Source of the DNA: the human T2T-CHM13v2.0 reference genome, Homo sapiens
Direction: 5' to 3' (one strand)
Length of the DNA stretch: 64,000 nt
Assembly (NCBI RefSeq): GCF_009914755.1
Contig: NC_060931.1
A program made the translations under genes and the position numbers. Below are positions 31,860 through 49,810 of this stretch, piece after piece (the stretch's first letter is position 1; every line of letters begins with the position of its first letter). The notes under the pieces were generated by a model. The model did no database searches. It was not told where the DNA came from and saw nothing but the letters and a program-made list of their open reading frames with translations.

Positions 31860-32225
31860 GTCATAGACCATCGACATGCTGGCAGCTGAGGATTTAAAGA
31901 GGAAGTCGTTAGGCCTGAGCTGGAGGCAAATGTGACAGCAGATCAACTCAGGACTGTGCTCCATCGGGCAGACGAGAAGGGGATTGTTTCTGCTTTAAAG
32001 AATCCAGTTGCTATCACCACAGATTCCTGCCGTGGAGATTCCACGAGGCCTCTGTTAACTGCTATGGCAGCTTCTTCAAGAAGGGTCTTGACACAGCTCT
32101 TCAAGTCCCATCTGGGTCCGTTTTCATGCAGTAGGCAGCGTGCCCGCTGGGCGGGAGCACAGGCAAACAGACCTGTGTTTGCCCTCTGCCTCCAACGCTC
32201 TCTAGCACTGAGATCTAGTTCTTTA
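31860..32225. promoter_or_regulatory. candidate enhancer-like unique island
   Basis: 11 CpGs in about 360 bp with no recognised repeat; ETS/PU.1, E-box, MEIS, GATA, RUNX, GC-box and paired forkhead motifs. Confidence 0.35.
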
Positions 32226-32239
32226 TTGGAATAATGAGA

Positions 32240-32370
32240 ACAATAATAATAATAGTTTCTTCCACCTAGAGTTATTTTGAGAATAAAATGAGATGATAAA
32301 TTGTATGTAGATGATAAATCATATGCTTGGCTTAACAGCAAGCCTATAATAATGGGTAGCTATTATTATT
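32240..32370 (+). mobile_element. MIR 3' fragment
   Basis: aataatagt..cctagagttattttgagaataaaatgagat...tagctattattatt. Confidence 0.6.
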
Positions 32371-32733
32371 CAGTGCTGTGGGATATTCACTACTGGTGCC
32401 GCTACCAGAAACAGAGATTGCACTGAGTGAGGACTCATGACGTGGATTATTCCTTGTCCCTCCAGCCGTTCAGTACATTGACCTATTTGAAAATCGATGC
32501 TGAATTCATGAAGTGGGAGGCATCCTATGAGATTAGAGTTTAGGATCTCAACATTGGAATTATTTTTTTTCCCGTTCTCAATGCAGTCAGTAAAGTTTTA
32601 TAACATACCTACTTTATGCAAACTACTATACTGGGCATAAAGAATCAAAGAGGAAGATACAGACTATGCCCTTAAAGAGGTTATGGATTATTTAGATAGT
32701 GAATTACTTCTTAAATGAGCACTTGATTCCAGA

Positions 32734-33155
32734 TGTGGTGGGTTAAATTGTGTCCCTCCCTAAAAAAATACATTCTAGCCTCAGAATGTGACTTTATTTG
32801 GAAATAGAATCTTTGCAAATTTAACCAGATGATGATGATGTTATTAGGGTGGTACCTAATCCAACATGACTGGTGTCCTGATTAAAGGGGGGAAATTTGA
32901 ACAGACACACAGGAAGAACGCCATGTAAAGACGAAGGATTGGAGTGATGCATGTAACAAGCCACGGAAAACCAAAGATTGCCAGCAAACCACCAGAAACC
33001 AGGAAGAGGCAAGTGGCAGGGTTTAGATGGAGAATGGCCCTGCCAACACCTTGATTTCAGACTTCCAGTCTCTAAACTGGGAGGCAATAACATTCTGTTT
33101 TTTAGGCCACCTGGTGTGTGGTACTTTGTTATGGCAGCCCTAGGAATTTAATACA
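32734..33155 (+). mobile_element. MLT1B/C solo LTR
   Basis: tgtggtgggttaaattgtgtccc...cagaatgtgactttatttggaaatag...ggtactttgttatggcagccctagga..taataca. Confidence 0.9.
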
Positions 33156-34984
33156 CTAGGCTGAGGGATAGATATGACTAGTGAAAATAAAATTATATGT
33201 GTGCATTGATTATGATATACACAAAGGGAGAGAGAGAGAGACACCCACAGTGGAACATTACTGAGATCTGATGAATGAGGAGAGAAAAGAACTTATACAT
33301 GATGTGACATATAAGCTTGGTGTTCTAGTGGCCTTTGCATTATACCTAAGAAGAATGTTGATTTATTGTTTCACCTCTGTTTGAGGGTCCCCAGAATGCT
33401 CTGGCCAAGAATAGTTTGGTAATGTGCACAATGAAAATTAGAAGTGACACCTGAGCCACTTAAAAACATTCAAAGCATGAATACATTTTTTATTGTTTTA
33501 CACACATTTAAGATTTTCAAGTTGTCTGATACTCTCTGTTTAGTAAACTCTGAAGTTGATCTAAGTTTGGTTGGAATACTTGTATATTTATATTTTCTGG
33601 ATTTACATGCCAGGTTACAAAAGGAGACCCACACGAAATCCCTGAACTCCTGTGCCCACCCAGAGATTAACATGGAGAGGTCAGGGGCTGTTTTCTCTCC
33701 ATAGGCTTCAGTGGCCTGGATGTCTGAGTTTTCAGAGACAGGATAAGTCCACATATTATTTTTAAACAAATTTCTTACAACTCAAAAGCTTTCATATCTT
33801 ACTTTCTTGGTAAGAGTCAAGTTTATTATCCACGTCCATACAAACACAGCTGGCTACACAAACTGATCTAGGACAAAAAGTCAGAAACATGGGGCCATAG
33901 GATTCTGGGTAAATGTGCTTTCTAACAAAAACTATCATATTTACAGAAAAGCAGACAAAGTGATGAGAGTCTTCTGCCTTTAGAATTAGCTGACTTTAAA
34001 AATTAATTTAACTCTGACATGTGACAAGAATTTTATACATCATTGCAAAATTAAAAAGGCACTTTGGAGTGGAAGTACTGATTACAGCATATTTTTGATA
34101 GAGATAATGGACTTTATTTAAAACACATTCTACCATTTTCTCCTGTGTTTTTCTTTGAGTCCACAGAGGAAAGTTACTACACAAATTCAGGTTATTTTTA
34201 TTGACGGTTATGTTATGGTGAAGCTAGATGAATAGAGTTTAAAGTTAAGTTTTGTTGGGTATTTCCAGGCCACTTGGCACATCAAACAGGTAAGCACTTT
34301 TTCTCAAAGAAAAGTGTGTTGTATTGATCTTGCTTTGCTCTAGTATTGACAATTATATGAAATTTTAAGCATCTCCTTAGAATTCCCAGCTTTTTGAGGG
34401 CCAATTTCTATTCAGGTTTTTATGGCTAATCTCTTATGACATCTGTCATTCCAAGTATTTAAACTCTCATATGTTTCTTTGGTGTGCATTTTTTCATTTG
34501 TTTAAGCTCGTTTCTTAGGTCAGTGAGGGTGTGTGTTCTTTCTTTTATATCACAGGGCTTTGTCCACAGGGTAGACTCAGCTCATGTTACTATGATGGAA
34601 ATAAAACCTGGAAACTTCATACTGTGGCTCTCTCTGCCAAAGGGAAAGGGTCTTTCCTTTCTTTGTCTGACACTGGTACAAAAATCCTTGATCTTCATTC
34701 TCATGAGATCTATAAAAGGCTTACTTTCTATTTTACCCTCTCTTCTGTCCTAAGAAATATATGTTTCTCACCATTTTTATTTCTTGCCTTATCATAGAAG
34801 TAGAGAAGTGCTTGACTCTGTGGAGTCCCATCCAGCCTGCCACGCTAATGAGGTCATTTTCCCTTATTAGCATGTGGGCAGGGAACTAAGGAGGGGAGGA
34901 TAGAAAGGAGGACTAAAAGAAGAAGTTGGACGTGTATTCTTTTCAGTATTTTGAATGTTCAAGTACTGTTTTCCAAGGAAATCG

Positions 34985-35150
34985 ACTATGAGACAGACAG
35001 AATGGGATCCTAGTCTCGGCTATGCCATTTCCTCACTGGTAACCCTGAGTTAGTTGCTTAATATTTTGGAGCTTTAGCGTCCTCATATGTAAAATGGGAA
35101 TAATAGAACACTTTGCTTACCTTGTTGGGTGTGCTAATACAAATGCAAGG
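34985..35150 (+). mobile_element. MIR
   Basis: cctcatatgtaaaatgggaataatag core. Confidence 0.6.
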
Positions 35151-37019
35151 TAGAATTAATTTTAGACCAGTACAGCTATCACGAACCAGGCTTCAAGAAG
35201 TTCAACATATTTTTTTTTTTTTTTGTAAGTTCATTTCATTCTGCTTTGTTTACTCCTTCAAACTTCTGCCCGAGGTCAGCATCACTGACCTTCCTTGAGG
35301 CTTCCTGAAGTGTGGAAGGGTCTGTTCCTCCCAGGAGAAGAAAGACAGTGCACGATTAAACAGATACCTACTTTAACAGCAAGTCTGTACTCATGAAATG
35401 ATTTGGTAGAATATATGAAAATATTTAAGTTAATTGTATTATGAAGTTTCACCAAATGTAGAAAATATTTCCTGGCGGGGAGGGGTGGGTGGTACCTCTG
35501 CAGTCTCCTGAGGAAGTCTATGCTGTGGAGTGTCCTCTGAGGAGAGGGCACATATGTAGCAACTATTAGGTTGAGCCATATGAAATCATACCATTTGCCA
35601 CTTTTCACTCCCGAAATGACAGTTCTACATGGTTCAATCTCATACATCTTCTAATGCTACCACAGTCTTCTATGGGTTACAGAGTCATAGCATGGCCCCA
35701 GAGCTCTGCAGTCATAATGAGAGTAAAATTCTGCTGAAAACTTGTAGCTGTTACCAAAAAAATTTTTTCTTTCTCATTTTGCAAATCTGCCATATGTCTT
35801 TCTTTAATTTAAAAACAAAGAACATGAAGCATAGCTGCCACATGTCTGGCAGAAATCTGTTTATGCCTGGAATCAGTAAATATCAAGATGCCTCTTTACA
35901 CTGACTGGCAAAAGCTGCAAAAGTAAAATATGTAAACAAAAAAGAACTCCATGGCTAGGCGAGTGCATACTCCAAAGAGTATTAATTTGCATAATAAAGA
36001 GTTCAATATTCAGGAGATTATAAAATAGCAATTACTGCGGAGTTGCTATATTAAGGCTTCTAACAAATAAAGACATTTAAAATGCAATAGTTTGCCTTTA
36101 CAAAGAACTTCTCCTAACATCTGTATTTTGAAACAAAATGTTATTTATTTTTTAAAGGGGTTTTAAATACTTTGCACATTTCTTTAGGAAAGAAGCAGAA
36201 ATATCATAGCCAAAAAAATAATAGTGGTAAATAATCTATGGTTAAAGAAAGAAAACCAGCCATTATTATTATTACTATTATTTTTTCCAGTTAAAAAATG
36301 TTGCTGCAGAGGGGAGTGCCTTTCACCATCTGACAAGAGATTGGGAGACCAGTGGAGAGGTGTAGAATCAGACTGTGTCAGTAGCGGGTGGTACACTCAG
36401 GCATGGGTAGCCACAGAAGTCATTGCATGTGAATAAACCATCGTCTACTTATGCTAATGGTAAAGTAGATTTTCAGAAACACCATCTGTGGCTTTTAAAA
36501 TGAATCAAGTGTTTCAGGTATTGTATATGCAAGTGCAGTTTCTACTTTCTTGACATACTGTAAGCATTTAGCATTGGAAAAGAAATAGAGCTTTTGACGG
36601 TAGTGTATTTTTGCAATGAATGTCGTAATTTAAATGCTCTTACATGGAACTTCTTGATTTCTCAGTAGAATTGGACTTAGAAATTTATATGTATATATTG
36701 CATTAACCACTTAACTAAATGTGCATCGATACTATAAGCCTTTAAAAAAAATCTTTGTTTCCTGCTGTAACGAAAATGCTGTGACATGAAGAGAAGATTC
36801 TATGTATACCTGTTTATCTCAGAAAACCTATTAAAATTAAGCCCTTGGAAATGGAATAGTTGTTAGGCTAGTGGTTTCCCCAACAAGGATGGGAACTGGA
36901 AGGATGAGAAACAAGAAGACCAAGAAAACTAACAGTGGAAGACCCAGAAAACCAACAATCAATGAGCACCTTGTGGGCACTGGAAACTGTGCTGGAAAGT
37001 GGGGCATTCAATAACACAG

Positions 37020-37730
37020 TGCTGGGATTACATTACACCAAAAAGTTGTAGACATCACAATAGCTCCAGGGTTTAAAATTCCCAGGGTACCATCCAAAGG
37101 GACAATTTATCTATTGGTGTATGGAAGAAGCCTACTCTGATTAAGACTCCATAATTATCAACCCCATCTTTTAAGGAGAGGCAATCCCAATAAAATTTTA
37201 TTTTTTATATTTAGTAATCTCTAACAATATTTTTGAAGTATTTATATTGTTTTGTTAAATTGACTATTGCTAATACTTTCAATAAAAACTATCCAGATGG
37301 CTCTAATGCTTAGAGCCTCATAATGGGAGGCCATTTTTTAAGTTAAAAATTTCAGTGTATATTTTTGTTGTTGTTGTTGCAGAGACGTATGATAACATAA
37401 TCAATGAAAGACTTTCAAATATTAAACACTTATTACAGTAAGATAAAATTGTGTGCAAAAAGAGGAGTGAAAACACAATTTCAACAGAAAGAAAGAGTCA
37501 TGCAAAATTGGCAACTGTTTAAAAGAATTAGTTGAACCTATTTTTCAGTGATCCATTGGTAGATGTGAAATCACTGTGGCATTTATATTCCATTGAATTT
37601 ATTGAAAAGAGTGATAAAGTTGTATTTTAAAATGTCAATATTACATTCTTTACAACTCTTCTCACTTATGATTAATTTAAGATGTCAGCTTGAAATGTAT
37701 GAGAGGGTACCTAGTTTTTCAAGTTCATGG
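37020..37730. mobile_element. possible old hAT-Tip100 (Zaphod/MER115-like) transposon relic
   Basis: gcttagagcctcataatgggaggcc and gttgcagagacgtatgataacataatcaatgaa resemble this group; recalled similarity only. Confidence 0.35.
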
Positions 37731-38424
37731 TCATTTTTGTTCCTCCTCCTTTTATGAGTAGCCTCAGAGAAGATGCCTCTTGAAGGCTAAGATTTCAAAG
37801 AAGTTTAAACTTCAGGTTATCTTCTTTTGACTATTCAAAAAAAAAAAAACTTTGATTTTTAGTACATTGCAAGGTAGATGAAGATATACATGATGTCTTC
37901 ACCCATTTCCACCACCGACCCCTATGCTTGTTCTGCATTTGCTTATTGTACTTCAAGTCAAAGATAGTGTCTAGCTCCATAAAGGCATTTTCCAAGGATT
38001 TGATAACAATTTTTGAAAATTAGGCTGAAATATTCATCTGTCTATAGCCTGAAAAACCTTTTTTTTCCTTATGAAAACTTACCTGCTTGGAAGCTCAGCT
38101 CATGGCATTAAATCTTTCTTTTAGATGTTTATGAATGAAATTCCAGGCTTGTGGTACATTGTGTCCTACTGCTGCCGTGTGTCCTGGCTTCCTCTTGGTG
38201 ACTGGGTGTCTCCTTTTTTTTTTTTTTTAACTAGGCTGGGCTTTTCCTCCATTGTCACATGGGGAAAAATAATTCAGGGACATCATTGCTGTTGTTACAG
38301 TTTCCTTATCCTTCCAGGTGTCTCTTAAGGTCTTAGCGACTGTCAGTAGAATCATCTTGAAGTGATCATGTTTTCTCCATATTACAAGATAACTAATACT
38401 TGGCCTTTATGTCCCTTACAACTC

Positions 38425-38579
38425 TTTTTTTTTGTATCTTAAAAAAAAATAGAGACAGTGTCTCACTGTGTTGGGCAGGCTGGTCTCAAACTCCTGAGCT
38501 CAAATGATCCTCCTGCCTCAGCTTCCCAAAGTGCTAGGAAGGGCATGCTAGGTGGGGCAGGAGCCACCACGGCTGACCC
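38425..38579 (-). mobile_element. Alu left monomer (FLAM/AluJ)
   Basis: agagacagtgtctcactgtgttg..ctcaaactcctgagctcaaatgatcctcctgcctcagc. Confidence 0.85.
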
Positions 38580-40442
38580 CCTCTCAAGTCTTGATATTTC
38601 CAAATCTTCATGCTATATCCCATTTGCCAACATTTCCCACTTTGTCCCTTAAAATTACCATAATTATTAGATCAATAAAAATTAAATAAAAATGTAAAGC
38701 TGTCAACTCCATAAATGTTGTTAGGTCTGATCTAACCTGGTCAGAATTACAATTCTGCTTTATTCCCAAGAGAAGTATAGGATGCCCTCACAAAAAAGTC
38801 TTTTGAGCTCCTTGAATCATCATATAATCAAGCATCAGATTCTTACCCTGTGAAATAAACTTCATTAATTATGTTAGCAAGTTTAGCACATCTCCTGCCT
38901 TGTTTAGAAACTCCTGGGTTCTGAATATGAGGATGATGTGATAGCATAATGCCAAAGAACGTGAAACATGAAGAAGGCAATGAGATATCAAACACAAGTT
39001 TTCAATAAGCCCTGCTAAGAAGCTATGCTTCCCTTGCTTTCCACCACAAAGTAATGTCTGAGTAGGTTTGGTGTAGATGCAACCAGAATTTAGAATAGTG
39101 GCTGATGTTCCACTGGAATGCACTGGTAGCCTGTACTAGATATTAAAATAATGAAATAATTTTGCACCCATTGGTGAGCAACCACTAGCCCAGCACCAAG
39201 TGCACTCACCACCACCTCTTTGCCTGAGCTGCCTCAGCTTCTCCCTGAACCCCTAACTAAAACAAGCCTAGATCTGGGAATTAACAAAGTGATCCCAGGC
39301 AGGGCTGTAGGCCTCATGGATCCTGCTCTAGCATCTCAACCAGCATCTGTTCTGATCCGTCAGTACCTAGACCATCTAGTTGCCCAATATTTTAAATATA
39401 TCCCTGGTTAAGAGTATCGTTTTAGACTCTCGAACTTAATTTTTGGCCCTTTGCCTTGTCCTTTCTTTGCAGAACTGTTGGGCCCAATTTTTCACAGTTT
39501 GAGAATAGGAATAAACCCAGGGTTGATAGCATCTATTTGATTTATGCACATTTTAGTGCATTTGTTACTTGTTTCTTGGTTCTGTGTTTTGTGATGGTGG
39601 TGTCACTGTTTCCCTACACCATAATTTCCTGGTGCACTTCAGTGCTCCTTCATCACACAAGAAACTGTAAGGGTCAGTGATCTTCGGCGCCACCACTTCC
39701 ATTTCCTCATTACAAAAATTGACCTTCTTTCTGTTGTTTGAAAGGGCTCAGGCCACTGTCATTCAGATTTCAGGACTGTTGAACAGTAATAACAGTATAG
39801 GAGGAACAGGCAACCAGCGCAGCAGCTGGGCATTGTGCTCTCTTCCTGGAATCCATTTTGGATCTCTTAGTGTAGCCAGCAGGCGCTGCTTGCAGCCTTT
39901 CCCCAGCGTTATATTTTATAGTAATTCCCTACTTGTCATTAAATCATTTAGCTGTATTAAAGCATTGTACTCTACTCTGTGAATATTAGCCAAGGTTCTT
40001 GTGCTTTCTAGGCAATTTCGTGTTTATAACTCACGTCACTCAACTCAGTATGTACAACTAGCATCATGGAAAAATAAACCAGTCAGTAATTCCTGTTAAA
40101 CTACCCACAGCCTTCCCATCATCTATGAATTGGGTGAGTGTGTGTGCACGTGTGTGTGGGAGGACAAGTGTGAAACTAGCTCAAACGTGAAAAATAAAAG
40201 TACTAGGAAAAATAAAAATCAGACCTCTCATCTTTTCCTACAGGGTGGTTCCCCTATTTGTTCTTTTATTTCACATCTACGGTAATCCCACCAAGTACTG
40301 TACTGTTTTCTGAGTGCCTGGTTGTTCTTTGAAGAGGAATTTTATACATTGAAGGAGGATGTTGGAATACAAAATTATCATGATTAACTTAAAAATAATA
40401 ACCTCCATGTATTAAGCAAAAATTTCTTTTTTAGATAAGTTA

Positions 40443-45000
<4,558 letters not shown>

Positions 45001-45802
45001 TTTTCAAAAGAAGACATTTATGCAGCCAACAAACATGAAAAAAAGCTCATCATTACTGGTCATTAGAGAAATGCAAATCAAAACCACAATGAGATACCAT
45101 CTCATGCCAGTTAGAATGGCAATGATTAAAAAGTCAGGAAACAACAGATGCTGGAGAGGATGTGGAGAAATAGGAACACTTTTGTGGTGTTGATGGGAGT
45201 GGAAATTAGCTCAACCATTGTGGAAGACAGTGTGGTGATACTTCAAGGATCTAGAACCAGAAATACCATTTGACCCAGCAACCTCATTACTGGGTATATA
45301 CCCAAAGGATTATAAATCATTCTACTATAAAGACACAAGCACATGTATGTTTATTGCAGCACTGTTCACAATAGCAAAGACTTGGAACCAACCTAAATGC
45401 CCATCAATGATAGACTAGATAAAGAAAATGTGGCAGATGTATACCTTGGAATACTATGCAGCCATAAAAAAGGATGAGATCATGTCCTTTGCAGGGACAT
45501 GGATGATGCTGGAAACCATCATTCTCAGCAAACTAACACAGGAACAGCAAACCAAACACTGCATGTTCTCACTCATAAGTGGGAGTTGAACAATGAGAAC
45601 ACATGGACACAGGGAAGGGAATATCACACACTGGGGTCTGTTTTGGGTGGGGGGCTAGGGAGCGATAGCATTAGGAGAAATACCTAATGTAGATGACAGA
45701 TTGGTGGGTTCAGCAAACCACCATGGCACGTGTATACCTATGTAACGAACCTGCACATTCTGTACATGTATCCCAGAACTTAAAAATATTAAAAAAAAAA
45801 AA
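45001..45802 (+). mobile_element. LINE-1 (L1PA7-like) 3' end with poly(A), head-to-head with the antisense L1
   Basis: [24 protein letters not shown]; 3'UTR gatagcattaggagaaatacctaatgtagatgac; A12 tail. Confidence 0.95.
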
Positions 45803-47304
45803 CTGCTTGTGTTAAAGTGCATGAGAGCTCAGCTTAGGCAATTCTGAGCACCATTAGCATCTCTTATTTGAAATGGGGCTTTAGAATAACAAAAATATAA
45901 TAATTTTGCTGAATAAAAAAGTTAATTATGCAACCTGAGGAGAGAAATAAGGAGCAAGCAGGTATAACACAGGCCCAGGAGGAGACAGGCACATGTGCAA
46001 ATTCAACACAAGCCTCTAGGTGATTAAGGAAGAAAAAAAGTGGTCACGCATTTCATATTTCTAGGAGAGCAGTTTCTTTTATTAAGAGAATTCAGTACTT
46101 CTTTATATTCAGATTTTGTACTTGGCCTAACTCTAGCCAAAGATTTAGAAATAGCTTATTCTGTGGTCAGAATCGTGTAAGTTTTCACAAACTGATGTGT
46201 GCAGTTGGTGGCATTTCCTGAGGAAGGCTTTTTAACTGAAGATAAGTGAGGCAGGTCAACCTCCACATTTTAGTCATAGATGTCATAATTACCAGTGGCA
46301 GCAAACAAAGCTGCATTGAGCTCTGGCTATGCCAATCAGAAGCTGATGGAAGCAGAAAAAGGAATTCCCTGTAGATCTTGCTCCTATAATGCCATTCCTT
46401 ATAAGAGAAGAGAATTCTCTTAGGGAAGGGGGTCTCACTGATTTTTAGGAGAGGTGTTGTTTTGACTCAATCTGAACATTTTGAATGCTTGGTCTTCTGG
46501 ATTAGAGGTATCCACCACAATTTGTTTATAATAAAAATGTGTAAATTATTTTGAATTCATTTTAGATAAAATTTTCTGCCATGGTTTTGGCCCTAAAACT
46601 TGTTACTAGGTGTTAACCAATTACACCACTTTCTAAAAAAAAATTATGAAGATCAAAGTTGTTGTAAATTTATATTTTTCATTGTGTCCTAAATGACTTG
46701 TAGAAGGAGCAGTGAAATGGAATTGCCTGAACAAAGGTGGAAATATTGAGGTTCCAAAAATGAAGAAAAGAACTGCATTAAAGTCAAGGTATTTTATGAG
46801 TGGAAAAACAGATTTATTTATTTCTTTCCTGCTGGGCATTCCCAAAAATTTGAAGCAATAGAAAGAAATACCTCAGGTTATATTATCAATTATCTTGACA
46901 TAGCAACTTTCATCTAGAGCTTAAAATACAATATAAAGAATATAATTTTACTTTCTAATTCCATTAGATGGAAAGAGTACCCCACCCCAAAGCCACAGAA
47001 AAGAGAAAGCTGTCTTATTTTTGATGTGCCACTATAAAAAGAAAAATCCATTGGCCCACCTTGTTTTATGACTGCTAACATCTTCCTTGCCCAAGGAGGA
47101 CGCTGTTTACAGGAGAGAAGTTAGTCAATTTGCTTTCCTACTTACATAATCACAGAAATACCTGGTTCTTCATTTTTGCTAGTTCTGTCCAAAGTGTAAT
47201 TATTGCTGTAAAACAATGATTCTCAAGGCTTTGTTAATCTGTAAATTAATTTGACAGGACAAAATGCCTTATGCCACCCCATTCTTAATTACCAACATTA
47301 AAAT

Positions 47305-47838
<534 letters not shown>

Positions 47839-49243
47839 GCAATGCCACTTTAAATAGATAAAAGCATTCCCTCCTCCTCCCCCACCCCCAGACAAACAAA
47901 CAAAAACCAAATGGATTGATCCAAGCATAAATACAATTAGAGGATCTTTGGGGAAAAAATGAAACAGTGATACTTAAATAGAGGATGGAAAATGAGCAAA
48001 TGAAGAGACTATTCATAAGTGATTTTTTGGGTATGTCTGCCTCGAGTTATCTCATTTAATTATCCCACCAAACTTAAGTTTCAAACAAGAAACCAAGGGT
48101 TAGTGCTATTAAGAACATTGCCCAACAAAGTGGTACTTAAGCCCAGTTTTGTCTCAACATAATTGCTGTCTTCCTTTCACTCTTGTGTAGTATCTCTAGG
48201 ATAAAGAGGCTGGAAATAGTCAGAAAATACAAGATTATCACAAAAAAAGATATTTTTAAAATGATGATGAGAAATGAAAATAAAACAGAAAAAAACCCTT
48301 CTTTTCTCACCTTTTTGGAGAAAAATGGGCAAGAATCCCAAGAGTTTATCCTTATAGAGACGATGAACAATCTATCCAATAATTTTCAAATTTGTTAATT
48401 TGCTTTCTTCATCATGCAAAAACAGACAAAACCAAACATTTCTAGCCTATCTAATGGTGTGCTGGAGAAAATACGTAAAATCGGTTCTTATCTTAGCCTA
48501 ATTGAGGTCATCATGCACAGGCAGGAGTCATGATAAGAAGGACTTTGAGGAATATTGAAATCAGATAGCCACACACTTTGGGAATGCCCACACTGCCCAG
48601 CAACAGTGGAGGCTCAGGTGAAAGGCTCAGTGACCTGGCAGGTACCCCACCTTAGCATAGCTTCATCCGGTAACTTGGTCAACATCCGCTGTCTCTGTAC
48701 CTCATTTTTTTTCAACTTTATTCCTCCTCGCTGATTTGTTAGTCACAGAAATGTTGCACAAATTTATGAGATGTCTGTAAGTGCTTTGAGCTTCTTAGAA
48801 GAAATAAGTAAATTTAAAAAGTGGCATCTTATGACAGAACTCCACTTTGGGAAAATGTGAGCAAGAAGAATGAATGTGTAAAGATGATAACTATGAGGTC
48901 TTGGGAAGTCCCTACCTTGCTTTTACATTTGAATAATAGAGACATTTCACTATTCAAGAGAATACAGCAAAACATATCTGGGGTTTGGATTCAAAGTGTC
49001 ATGAAAAATGCAAATAAGAAATCTGTTACACAGACAGGTCAAAAACAACCAACGGTTTTTCTGTTGTGAAACCACCATTTAGAATATGTCTGTTTTAATG
49101 TTTTGTCCTGAAGGAACTGAGTATTTTGGGGACACATTGCATGATTCAAAAAGTGGAAAAGGTCTTCTAGGAATTACTTCTATTAGAGGAGAAATGAGTT
49201 CAAGGTCAATGGCCTCTCAACATATTACTGGGAGCTAAGAACG

Positions 49244-49500
49244 ATTAGAGCTGACATTTACTGCAGGCCTACACATTGTTCCAGGTATTTTGTTAAACAT
49301 TTTAAATACAATATCTAATTCAATCCTCATAACAGCGCTACAAGTTAGATTCTGTTATTATCTCCATTTTGGAAAGGAAGAATTGAGGCGTGGGTAGCTC
49401 ACTAATTTGTCAAAGCCATAAAGTAGCTAGTGAAGGCGGTGGTCCTATTTAATCTGAGATCCGCCTACATCTGGCACTCCTGCTCTTAAACACTATGCTA
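49244..49500 (-). mobile_element. near full-length MIR
   Basis: gctgacatttactg...aatcctcataacagc...tattatctccatttt...tgctcttaaacactatgcta. Confidence 0.8.
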
Positions 49501-49611
49501 CAATTTTCATTCTTCAGGTAGCTTAATAGTAAATGGGAAAGACTGGGCTTTGCATGCCTTTTGCTTCACCTGCCTCCCTTTCTTTCATCTTTCCTCAGAA
49601 ATATTTCTCTA

Positions 49612-49810
49612 GGGTGAAGGGGAATAATAATACTGCCTCTGTTGGGTCATTTTCATGAATGAAGTGATTTTATATTTTGTCAATCATTAATCAATGGTAC
49701 ATCATTTGTCAATAGTACAATGACTGTTATACAAAACCTCCTAGAGCTGAGCCAGACTTAAAGCACCACTGTTCCAAAATAAATTTTTTCCATTATAGAT
49801 TGAATTTCCA
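49612..49810 (+). repeat. copy 2 of the local direct duplication
   Basis: Matches 47305-47495. Confidence 0.85.

Noticed and set aside
31943-32341. 132-aa minus-strand ORF
   Set aside because: Starts at a non-ATG codon, its N-terminus is antisense MIR, and I recognise no homology. A minus-strand acceptor at 32147 has no convincing donor.
39874-39890. CTCF-like GCCAGCAGGCGCTG
   Set aside because: Lacks the GGGGGC core spacing; other CTCF-like hits in the window are similarly weak.
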